This document shows positions 12,001 through 23,059 of a stretch of DNA of 64,000 nucleotides, piece by piece (the stretch's first letter is position 1; the number at the start of each line of letters is the position of its first letter). The notes below the pieces were generated by a model, which made no database searches, was not told where the DNA came from, and was given only the letters and a program-made list of their open reading frames with translations. Position numbers and translations under genes: made by a program. Source of the DNA: Ascidiella aspersa (taxonomy: Eukaryota); NCBI GenBank assembly GCA_963924565.1, contig OZ004609.1:7936001-8000000 (forward strand), given 5' to 3'.

Positions 12001-15000
12001 TCCAAAATAAGCAAAACATTTTGGTAGTCACGTACTCACATCTTCAAAGCGTGTTTTATACATTTCTGCAGCTTTCACTACCAGCTCGTGAACACGGCTG
12101 TCCATTATGGTCTGAAACAAATTTGGACAATAATTAACGAAAAGCAATGCAGTGTGTGTCGTCTTTGATGGCCCACGCAAATTTTCAGTAAATGTATCTT
12201 ATTTTAGCCCGTGACTATATAAAAGTGTTTTACAAAGTAGTTCGCTAAGATTCATCAGGCCTTAGGACTAAATGCGACACATGTATAACGGATCCTGAAC
12301 CTAAACGATCGCGGAATCATGTTGTTATGTTATGGGGAAAACTTTACTTGCGTGTTACGTTACTTCTTTTTACTTTGTTTACAGGTTTGAAAATGATATT
12401 GCCAAACTAGGTATTAGCCATTTTAATTTTTTAAAGACATTTGAAAACGAAACATGTAATGCTGATTTACCCGAAGATTGTAATTTTTGTGTTCAAAACT
12501 TTGATAATTCATTTGTAGGCGTCCGATCAGCTTGTTTCTACGTTCCATCACAAACTCGTCTGGGCAATCTTTGGTGCAGTTATCGAACAGAGTAAGAGCT
12601 GCTTCGCGGGAGATTTTGTTTGATTCAACTAAACTCTTCTCATCCATTATTTGGTTTTTCTCCAACTGGGATAAAAGCATATTTTTTTATAACAAACAGC
12701 TCAGGATTCCACAACGTTAGAACCACTTGTGATTCGTGTGTGTGACGCATAGTAAACAGTTCAATTAGTCTATTCAGGGGATATAATTCGGGATATATTA
12801 TTTTGTCTTAAAGCGCCTTTGTTTAGTTTTCGTTGTAGGATCAGTTAATCGCACAAGATTGCCATCCATGGTTTTCAGGAATATATGGCACCTATTACGT
12901 ATCCAATAAAAAATAGAATTATTCTTCTTCTCTAAAATGGTGTATAAACATGTTCCCCTTATTTAAGAAGCACCGTTCACGACACGACTATTTTACTGTG
13001 CGCACCATACAGGCGATTCAGTCAGCCGTAGGATGATATAAGTGGGCGTATAAGCTGCAATCAACTCCAACCATTTTTAAATCTCGTTTTGGATTTAATG
13101 CGACTAAAGTTTTACGTTGCTCTTTTCCAAGGTTGGTTATGTTTTCACTGATAGCACTTTAACGAAGTTTAATTTAATAAAGTATAAAACCAGTAGCCTA
13201 TATAGCGGAATTTATAAATAATTACAGATTAGGTTTCCGAGTCTACTCTGGCCATTTTGAATTTCTTGGTAAAATGTTTTTTATTTGTGTTTTTGGTTAT
13301 ATTTTACGCTAAATAAAGTACAATATTTTGTATTAGTGACTTACTTTTTCAAAACCTGATGAATATTTTTTTTCAGCTTCGGCCATAACCTCGTAAACTT
13401 GGTTCTTCTTTTGCTCCTAAAAGAAAAAATTGTGACTATATGTTTAATTTAAATAGTATAATTTTAAGTACGAAATTTCATTTAAAAAAAGTTAAAAAAA
13501 AAAAAAAAAAAAAGTGTAACGAAAACAAGTAAAGTTTTTTCAATGAATTGTATTTAAGTGTAATTTCTCATTGACTAGATGGATAACTAGCACACAGTCA
13601 TGGCAAAAGATTACTCTGCGATTACAAAGTGGCCCAACAAGCGAATTTTATAGCTTACTATTTTCGCAACATTTGTTTGCTTGTGGATAGCAAACAGTTC
13701 TTGGATTCTTTTGGTCAGTTTTTCCTTGAACTCGGCTATAAACACTTGCTCTCCCAGTTTGGGAAGCTCATCAAATTGCCTCAGAGCCACGTATTGACTG
13801 CTTTCGTGTTTTTCTTGAAGGACCGATATATCCAGGAAGCTAACTTGGTCCAAATGCTAAGTCAAGAATGTTGACAGAAGAATAAATAAACTTGACGGAT
13901 AAGCTAGCAACACGTCAATAATTAGAAAAATTAAAAAAATTAAAAAAAAAATTAACAAATACGCTGTTCGATAAACCTTTTCCCTGGTTATTAAGCAAGG
14001 GGAAAACTTCGATTTGCCAAACCTGATGCATTTCTTTTGAATATGTTTCCTCACATCGACGTGAGATGATTTGTATTTCTGCCATTGCACTTGCCTAAAC
14101 AAAACAAAAGTGTTAAACAGAAAATAACTGATGTTTCCAAAAATATACCACACATTGAAAATAACCATTACCTTTTTGAAAGGTCAGCCTGCATACTCAA
14201 ACTTGTTTCATACGGAAGTCATTTGTTTACTTTAACCGTTTAATAGCGTTATGCCGAACGCTGAATACAATAGAGCGCTATTTTAAGCATATTTGAGGCG
14301 CATCATTGTAACTCCGTTAAAACACATAATGTTTGCAATATAAGTAATAGCAGGATTTTTAGTTCGCGCTTTTAGTAATTACAGGACAACACAGGTACCT
14401 CTTCAAACACTGGTGCTTCAAACATTCCAGGGACCTATGGAGAGACACTAAAATAAATACTAAAATATTTTTGTGTAATATCGGTTGTGTTCGAATTGTT
14501 CGTTTGTCGTTTTCGTTGGTCGTTCAAGACCTCAAATATATGTATCCCAAAAATGGTTTCATTTGGTGACCCTGCATACTGTAGCCGATTAAGACCCCCA
14601 AATTATTTGTAACCAGTTAATTTAACGTCTTACCAGCCATGAGTAATAGTACCTGTGATTCAGAGTTATTCAACAGAAGATTACACACAAGAGTACATAC
14701 TTGTAAAATGGTTCCGACTTTGGGCATTTTTCCAGTCCTAAACACCTCGAAGTAAGTTACAATAAATTTGATCAGATCTTTTCCACATAGAATGCTTCCA
14801 TTAACTTCTTTAATGACGATATTTTCGGGTATGAATAAATGATCTACAAGGTCTGGTAATGTTTTCAGAAACTTCGGCTTTACCTCTGTAAAATTTAGAA
14901 TGTTTTAAGTTTGACAAACATTTTTCATCATTAAAAAAATATTTTTTTATTTTAAGAGTTATAATTGAGCAAACTAAATTTTCAGTTTGGCAAAATTTTA

Positions 15001-17237
15001 TTTAAATAGCGAAACTCAAAGTTAACTCTTGTCTTTCAACATAAGTTACACTATATATTGCAATTTACCGTTTAAGTACAAACAGCCTCCCTGACTTTCT
15101 CCTCGTTCGGCAACTTTCGAACCAGGAGGTGGCAACAGAAAGCAGGAAATGTTAGCATAAGAGTTTTTCAGAGTTTTTCTAACTTCTTTTACATCTTTGT
15201 GTTGCATCTTTGTGGCAAGTAATTCGACCAATATTTTACTACCAGCGCTTAAGCCATAACCTGTGTCAGTGTCTTGCCAATCACGCACCAGAAACAGCAA
15301 GTTCTAAAGAAGTTACATGGCTTTTCAAAATTTAGGTGTTAATGAAAAAGTTCAAACCAAAGTGTGTAGGAAAGAACGTACAGAAAAGACACTAGGTATT
15401 ATTTCAAAATGTCAAAACCATTCGCATATTAAGAAAAAACATACCTGGAAAGGATTTCCTGTCAGCTGAGATTTACGCGCTGCTTTTCCGTATTCTGTGA
15501 ACAACTATCGTACAACCGATAGGTTATTCCCGTGATAAGTAAATAAAACTAAATTTGTTTACCTGCAAATGCTGTAATGTGTCTTCCTGTACCTGGTGCA
15601 TGACGTTGTAGATTTGCACGGAACTTATCATCGTGCTTAAAGCGAATATGACTGAACAACCTTCAACCGAAGTAGAACTGTCAAAGGCCCCCTGGGTGTC
15701 CATCAGAAACACGGCTACCTGTGAAATCAAATCGATGGAATGTCAACTGAATCAAATGGATCGAATGTCAACTGAAAGGTTGACCTCAATAGTTTCGAAA
15801 CTGAAGGAATATACTGACATTATACGTCGTCGTAATTAAGTCGAATTTACATTACAAACCTAAAACTTAATTTCCCCGCTGAAATAGTGGTTAAATTAGC
15901 CTGTCATACGCAAACTTTTACAAACACGCTAAGTGTGCAAACAGTTTTACCTTGCCTTGTTCGGTTTTGATGAAGAAGGGTTCGTCCCATATCCATACCC
16001 CCTGCGTGTCGCTTTTTCTTCCACCCCTCCAATTAAAGCCTTCCTTTAACTGCCCTTCTTTGTTATCGAGCCAGTTTTGCGGCTACAATGTAAAGCGATT
16101 GGTGTAAAGTGGATGTAGAACGCGCAATAAATATTGCCTTTATGACCACGGTGTAGCACTGGTTTGCCTTGTTTTTCATCGAAAATTCGATTTTTTCAGC
16201 ATTAATACATTTTGGTCGCTAAAATGGTGAAAATTGAAAGGTCTTTCACCATTGCTATGCAGCCCCAAGCCATTATCGTTGGCCACTTACAGTAGACTTT
16301 TCTTAACTATACAGATATACACATTTAATCACATTAGTAGTTTTTTTTTTCACATGGCGAAACAAAGTTTTGTGGTTTTTAAGTGAATAAATAATATTGT
16401 TACGATGTTACATACTGTATGTGGGTTACTGGGAAACATTTTTCAAAGCGGGGGTTAAGAATAACAAATCTGTCATATTTAATTATAAATATTGGGTAAC
16501 GACTATCAACGATATTTTGCATTACTAACCTGTCCTTTCTTCTGATACCACAGGTAGCGAAGAAAAAAATTCAGCATGAATGATTTTCCTTTGCGGAATG
16601 CGCCAGCTAATGAATACACAGCAACTGGGATGTTGGCAACTTGTTTAAACACCCGCTTTAGCTCGTCTGAGTTTATTTCGAAAGAACCATCGTCATTTGG
16701 TCGAACAATTTGCACAGCCTTGTGGGGTTCTGTGTTTTCATTGCCTGCTCGAAGGATAGGTTAGCAAGCTCTACTCAAAAAATAATTGAATCTAAGTGAG
16801 GCATAATAAAATTTTTGAACATCTGCGAGTGGGGAGCAAAATGTGTCATGTTCTAAACAATAGAATATTTTGTTGATTACATTATTTGTTTCATTCTCAA
16901 TCTAGAAAAAAAGACAAAACTTATTGCTAAAAGCGTAAAGTCAAAACTTATTGCTAAAAGCACTCCTCACAAAAAAACATTAGCATTTTATTTTGTCGCC
17001 GTCGTAGATTTTTACGGAACTTATTGCAGCAGATCCGATGTCCATGGTCAGCGTTGGCTGTTTCGCATTTTAATACACTTTATGTAGCATTGTTTTGAAG
17101 TACAAAAGGAAATCTCAATTTTATAAAAATTGTCTCATTATTTTATTTTACTTACCGCTTTTATTTTCGGCGTATGCCATAGACGATGTGCAATCACTTT
17201 CCGACGAATATTCTTCACATTCTGACGTTTCAGACAT
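52..17237 (-). CDS. Giant atlastin/GBP-family GTPase with at least 11 tandem three-helix-bundle repeats (3' end beyond window edge)
   Basis: GTPase exons: 17237-17156, 16744-16530 (G1 [10 protein letters not shown]), 16082-15951 ([18 protein letters not shown]2 Thr), 15718-15563 (G3 LMDTQG; [15 protein letters not shown]), 15504-15445 (LFTEYG), 15303-15069 (G4 LFLVRDW; CFLLPPPG), 14885-14701. Then 11 exon pairs: 14094-14023+13856-13659, 13416-13345+12665-12471, 12111-12040+10861-10667, 9992-9921+9759-9565, 9077-9006+8169-7975, 7702-7631+6905-6708, 6300-6229+5420-5235, 5052-4981+4783-4589, 3355-3284+2889-2698, 1812-1738+1503-1312, 818-744+243-52. All are GT-AG, in frame and stop-free; the last visible exon ends in a GT donor. 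Confidence 0.92.
9150..9454. mobile_element. Truncated Penelope-like retroelement insertion (inverted pseudo-LTR)
   Basis: Flanked by 13-bp direct repeat TAATACCGTATAA (9137-9149 and 9455-9467). An inverted duplication plus minimal hammerhead is typical of PLE insertions. No RT or GIY-YIG ORF is present. Confidence 0.6.
9224..9458. repeat. Perfect inverted repeat (115-bp arms, 5-nt loop) in an intron of the atlastin-like gene
   Basis: 9224-9338 is the exact reverse complement of 9344-9458; loop GAATG at 9339-9343. Confidence 0.97.
9349..9394 (+). ncRNA. Minimal type I hammerhead ribozyme motif (mirror copy on minus strand at 9288-9333)
   Basis: AAGATATA-CTGACGA-T-GCC(TTAGTT)GGC-GAAA-TATA-TA-TATATCTT: 8-bp helix I, CUGANGA core, 3-bp helix II, GAAA, 1-bp helix III capped by palindromic UAUA, UH cleavage site. 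Confidence 0.8.
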
Positions 17238-17895
17238 GGTTAAATCAATTGAATGATCAATAAAGCTAAACACATTATTTACATGAAAACTAATAAATAT
17301 CTTATTTAAACATCATATGTTGCTTGGTTATTTTATTCCAATGGGCCGTAAATCCAAAGGCCCGTATTTATCCCAATGGGCCGTTAACATTGGTACAAAT
17401 CTCATTCATTCCCTTCAGGTTGCAATTTAATTTAATATTTTTGTGGGACACCAAAAGTGAAGTCTCGTGCTTCTAATTGAAACGCGAACGCTCGATGAAA
17501 CCCCCATTGCGAGGGCCAAATGTAATGATTCCTCGCAGCAATGTTTGTTCCCTTTGTTCACTAATGTCTCCATACATAATTCTATACTTTGTCTTACTCT
17601 GAAAATGTCATTAATTGGAAATCGTAACCATTTTTACAGTAATAAAAATTAATTGCAACATATATTTTCCCTGTTTTTATAAACTAATATATGCTTCGCC
17701 ATTTTGCTTATAGTAATAGACAAGTCATCTCTATACGAAGCCTATACATGTTCCTTTCATTTTGTACTCTTCCCAGAAGAAGTTCTCACCAATTGGCGGC
17801 AAATCGTCTAGTCGTTGTTATAAAAAGGGCAATTGCGAAAACAGGTTTGGGCTTGTCTCAGGTGGTCCTTCTTCTTTTCGTTAAAAAATCTCAAT

Positions 17896-17908
17896 TTCCG
17901 GGAATTCC
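17896..17908. promoter_or_regulatory. Overlapping STAT/GAS (TTCCGGGAA) and NF-kB-like (GGGAATTCC) motifs upstream of the atlastin-like gene
   Basis: TTCCGGGAA at 17896-17904 overlaps GGGAATTCC at 17900-17908, about 660 bp upstream of the ATG. Short motifs; function unproven. Confidence 0.35.
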
Positions 17909-18641
17909 TGTTTTTTATTTTATGATAGTTACCCAACGCGAGATGCTGGACCAAGCTCAGGTTAAGTTACGAGTTTATTTACTGGGCGGGCTACAGTTTA
18001 TTCAAGTGACTTGGCTTAGTAATATAATTCAAACTATTTGCAGCACGTCCAAAGCAAATATGCCGAGGCAGAAGTAATTTTGCAAATTCGTCGTTGCACA
18101 TTAAAATTGGCCAATTCGGGTAATTCATTTGTGGAAAACAACCTTGTTCTAATTCAACCTACTAAAAGATGTGTTGCAAACTTATAATAACTAAGCTCAA
18201 TTCAATGTAAATGTTTACGGGGATTATTATCTGTCCGAATAATTAGGCGAATGTTCAAATTGTTGCACTTGAAAGATCCCTGATTATAGTTGTTTTGTTC
18301 CGATCTGCTTTTAAATATAAGGTAAATCTTATCTTCATTCTTTTATTGATTAAGACCGATCCTTGCATGTTGGACTTGACCTTTATTAAAAAATTCCCAT
18401 GACAAGTCAAAAGAAACAGCTCTGCTTCAAAGAATTTAAATCGTCAATTTGCTACATAATAAGATAATTGTACTAAAGCAATGCTTTTCAACTTTTTTCA
18501 CGGCCACTCAAAAACGTAGCCTGGATATATTAGCCAAGTTTTTCAGTATAATAAGGAGTGATTTACGTCTTATCTCCTGTCCGAAGACTTTTTTGCTGGT
18601 TTTATTATCATATTTTCCCTCAGTTTCTTTTCAATTTAAAC

Positions 18642-19198
18642 CAGGGGCGGGCAACGTGCGGCCCGAGGGCCGCATGCGGCCCTTTGCCATTTTTTGTGCG
18701 GCCCTTCACATTCTTCCAGATATTTTTCCCTACATAAGGTAATTTTGTGTGCACCAATGTTGGGACTTTTGCTCTTTCAGTTTCCTGTGGGAAAGTGCGA
18801 TGTAACCCATAGGCTACACCGCTGCACTAATGCCGTTTTAAACTCGAATGGGAAGCATCTATTACAAAACAATCTTTATTCATAAAGCTTTACTTGTGTC
18901 ACGTTGGTATGTTTAACAGCTGGTTTTGAATTAAGGCTGTTAAATAGTTTGCGTCTATACACATCTGGCCTGGAACCAAACATTGACAAGTTGGTTCAAA
19001 ATATCCAGCATCAGCCTTCTCACTAACTTCTATTTGAACATCCACATGTGTGATTGCTATGATATTTCATATTCGCTTGTACTTGTGTTTTTATAGTAAA
19101 AACTGAAAATACCCATTAGTGTTTATTTGATATGCGGCCCTCCTGTAAGCATTAAATTTCCTAACTGGCCCTTGTGTTGAAAAGGTTGCGCGCCCCTG
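18642..19198 (+). mobile_element. Non-autonomous hAT (Charlie/Buster-type) element with transposase C-terminal remnant
   Basis: TIRs CAGGGGCGGGCAAC / GTTGCGCGCCCCTG; 8-bp TSD ATTTAAAC on both sides; GCGGCCC subterminal repeats; ~18940-19026 reads LNSLRLYTSGLEPNIDKLVQNIQHQPSH*. Confidence 0.9.
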
Positions 19199-19929
19199 AT
19201 TTAAACTGTTTAGTTTCGACAACTATTTTTTCCTAATGTAAAATTATTACGTGATAGTTACATTTATAACTATTTTAAATGATTTCAGAACAGTTTTCGA
19301 TTTTTATACTTAAAAGCTATTGTTAACTGTATAATGCTTAATAGGCTACAATGGTAAACTTGAAATAAAACATTTTTTATCGCTTAATAATTCAATCCAT
19401 TCATGTCCTTTAAAATCGTAAGCCTTAGGTCCAAATCTCCGTTATTTGCCTAACTTAACATTCCTTGTAGAGAACTTTAGGTTAAAAAGGGATTAAGTTG
19501 ATACAGCTGGTTGGGAATGATGTGATTTACAAAGTTAAATGAATGGATTAAGTAAAGGATTGAATTTATTTTGATTGGGATCTTAAATTATTCGTATGAA
19601 TCCAAGGAGGAATTGTTGTATTAATCCTGTTGAATAACTTGTGAAAAACAACAAGGCAGATATATAAATAAAAGCCAGGTTTAACTTTTATACCGCTAAT
19701 AAATGATACTAAAAGCAAAAAACAAACGAACGTTTGCAAAATGCCCATAGATTAAAATTTTAAAAGAAACGAATTGAAATGTTGCCGCTATACAGGCTTA
19801 GGCTTGTTTCAGCAGTTTTTCACTTTGGAATAGCTTTGTAATCGAACTTTTTCTTGTCTACTACAAGTTTCGTTTAAAGTTACACAAATCATCTTACGAG
19901 CTTGTAGTTAATTTTTACGAGCTATACGA

Positions 19930-21145
19930 TAGTGTTCCAAGGGAGGTAATAAAATGAGATGGAATGGTTGCGACAAGCTCGCAAAACAAGATCGGGAAAT
20001 AAATTAAATTTGATCCCAAAGTAGGCTGAAAAATGGAAGCTGCTTGCGGCCAATACCCCCTGACAACTGTATTGTTGTTTTCAAAACTAAGCCTTTTGTA
20101 AAAATACCCGAGCTGGGAAGTGATTCCAAAGCAATTTCTTCAAGATCTTATACGATTAGACGTAACTTTGTGCCGTCACCCGTAGTGGTCGTAATGACCT
20201 AGCAGGTGACAGTGCTTGTGATAAAGGACAGATGCTGGAAACCAGGACATGAACCCCCGTGCACTGTTTCGTTGGACTATAAATGCCATTTTTGTGAGCA
20301 ATATACAAATCTATTCAATATGCATAAGGCGTCCAAGTATCTCTTCATTGTAAAAGTTTTATCCAATTAACTTTAACAGTTTGTAGGTAGGTTATTTTTG
20401 TTCCATCAAATTGTTTCACCAAAGCATCTGTGGATCTTTGCTGAAACGGTTGATTTTGTTCAGTAAAAAGTTTGGGACATAATATCTTAATATAATCATA
20501 TATTTTTGGGCGGCACGCCGGCATATTATATTAGCCCAAACGAAGCTGTGCCTTTGTGCTAATGGATTTTTCTTACAGACAAAAAATAAGGTAACGGCTT
20601 GAAATTTCTTGGTAGCAAATAAAAACAATGTCCTCTACTTATGATAAAACTATAGGGGTGGGTTTGGGGCTTAGCAAAAGGTTGTTTAGATTCTATGTTG
20701 TCCGTTTAGGTCCAATTCCGACACTTTTAAATGGTATTTCGTTTGTGTCTTAATACGATTTCTAGGTATGACTATCCTAATTCGTTTTATTCCAACAATT
20801 ATGCAATTATAATATCGGTCTTACTGCTTGAGACCCAATTTACAATCCGTGCCGTTGCTCGTGAAGTTAAATACCAAAAACAAGTTTGGGCTTGTCTTCT
20901 TTGTTGATTTGGGAAATACAAGTTCCGGAAATCGTTTTACGTCTTCGTAAACCAGCTCAAAGCTATATATTCGGTGTATTCAGGTAAAATGGGCTGCAAT
21001 AATTTTTTTATATTGTCTGAGTCAACAAAAGCGGCGCCCCGATGTCTTCCACTTTGTTGTTCGTTGCGGAAGGTTTTCACAAATTCCGCAAAAGCATAGT
21101 TGGAAAATATTTCACCGAAGTTAATCTTGTCCTTGATGTAAGCCT
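19930..21145 (-). pseudogene. Possible decayed ephrin-like (cupredoxin-fold) coding remnant, copy 1
   Basis: Frameshift-separated RHSFVWAN and PKIYDYIKILCPK (~20553-20470) resemble ephrin N-terminal motifs; ~21143-21040 differs from copy 2 by three synonymous changes; stops and frameshifts present. Confidence 0.3.
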
Positions 21146-21385
21146 AACCTACTTTATTCAGTTGTAAGTTTGTCGTTATTGCTTTATAAAACGACTTTAC
21201 AAAGACCACTTTTTTTAAAATATGTTTAAGTACATATGGTTCATTAATGTTTGCTATCCTTGTAATTTAGCTACTGCATTTTGATAAGGACAAACAAAAA
21301 AGTGCCATTTCTATCAAAACAGCTCATGAAATCTAACGAAATGCATCACATTCAAAATACTAGGTAAATCCAAATCAGTACAAAT

Positions 21386-22386
21386 CAGGGGTTCCCAACC
21401 GGGGGTACTCGTACCCGTTAGGGGTGCGAGATTGAACATCAAGGGGTACGAAGATCCTTGGGCCACAGAGCAGCTTTTCGAACAGATTTAACAGTAGCCT
21501 ACAGTTTTGTTTTGGAATTGTAAATTACATAACGCCATTACGGTCTTTGCATTGACAAAAAAAATCAATTACTACAAACATTTGTTATTATTTAGTAAGA
21601 AACCTCATTGTCTTACAACAATGCGCTATTTTAACTGCACTGCCCGTCTTCAAGAGATTGAGAAATGAATATGAATTCACTTGCTGTTAGCAATCAACAG
21701 CCAATCACAAAGTTACGAACAAAATGCACGGATAATGTCATTCAAAATACTGTTGCCGTAAATCTGCTACAATCTGTTCGCTATTATTCACCTCTGGCAC
21801 TAGAGTGTAAAATACAGTATTTGGGGGCACACAAATCGTCCTGTGGTATTAACCGAACAATTTACCAAACAAATATAGACATGGGTCTAGAACAGTGCTC
21901 CGCAACCTTTTTTCACTTGCGGCACACCAATAGAGATAAATTAATTCGGCGGTACAGCTGTGACATATATGACGATCGAAAATAGACAACCTAAGAAAAT
22001 ATTCTAGGCAGGTCGAGAAAACGGAACGATTTATATTTAAACGCGTCAAAGGCGCCGATAAATAATTAGACGAATTAAATTTTTTTGTCTTCTGATTTTG
22101 CCCGTTTTACTGTCTTTCCAAAATATCTTAAGCCGGACAAAGTCCTCAAAATACCAGCCCTTTGAAATAGCGGATCAAAAAACATTCAGGACTTTTAATA
22201 GCATATTAGAAATAATAAAACCTAAAAATTGTGCTTTGGATTGTTTTGCCCACTTTATAAAACAATACCAAAACGCCAAAAATACATTTACAATGCTATT
22301 TCATGGTTTTCGAGCTTGTGGAAGAAACTCACACTAGTGGAAAGTTTGAAAATAATTGCTGGTTATACTTATACCTAAACGTAACA
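21386..22386 (+). mobile_element. Truncated copy (left ends only) of the nested hAT MITE pair
   Basis: Left TIRs CAGGGGTTCCCAACC at 21386 and CAGTGCTCCGCAACC at 21893; both are cut at the duplication junction near 22386. Confidence 0.85.
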
Positions 22387-23059
22387 AAATAACATTTATA
22401 ACTATTTTAAATGATTTCAGAACAGTTTTCGATTTTTATACTTAAAAGCTATTGTTAACTGTATAATGCTTAATAGGCTACAATGGTAAACTTGAAATAA
22501 AACATTTTTTATCGCTTAATAATTCAATCCATTCATGTCCTTTAAAATCGTAAGCCTTAGGTCCAAATCTCCGTTATTTGCCTAACTTAACATTCCTTGT
22601 AGAGAACTTTAGGTTAAAAAGGGATTAAGTTGATACAGCTGGTTGGGAATGATGTGATTTACAAAGTTAAATGAATGGATTAAGTAAATGATTGAATTTA
22701 TTTTGATTGGGATCTTAAATTATTCGTATGAGTACAAGGAGGAATTGTTGTATTAAACCTGTTGAATAACTTGTGAAAAACAACAAGGCAGATATATAAA
22801 TAAAAGCCAGGTTTAACTTTTATACCGCTAATAAACGATAATAAAAGCAAAACCCAAACGAATGTTTGCAAAATGCACATAGATTAAAATTTTAAAAGAC
22901 ACGAATTGAATTGTTGCCGTTATACAGGCTTAGGCTCGTTTCAGCAGTTTTTCACTTTGGAATAGCTTTGTAATCGAACTTTTTCTTGTCTACTACAAGT
23001 TTCGTTTAAAGTTACGCAAAGCATCTTACGAGCTTGTAGTTAATTTTTACGAGCTATAC

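Larger units (their letters stand above)
52..14094 (-). repeat. Coding tandem repeat: 11 diverged ~89-aa atlastin-type 3HB modules, each a 72-75 nt exon plus a 186-198 nt exon, all phase 0
   Basis: Module 1 ([24 protein letters not shown] / HLDQVSFL...QEKHE...[13 protein letters not shown]...[12 protein letters not shown]...N) aligns by eye to the atlastin middle domain. Later modules keep the A...Y, L...H/D, A...F/Y and L...I...F...N spacing. Confidence 0.88.

Noticed and set aside
17691-18077. 128-aa plus-strand ORF upstream of the GTPase gene
   Set aside because: No recognisable motif or splice context; composition typical of random AT-rich DNA.
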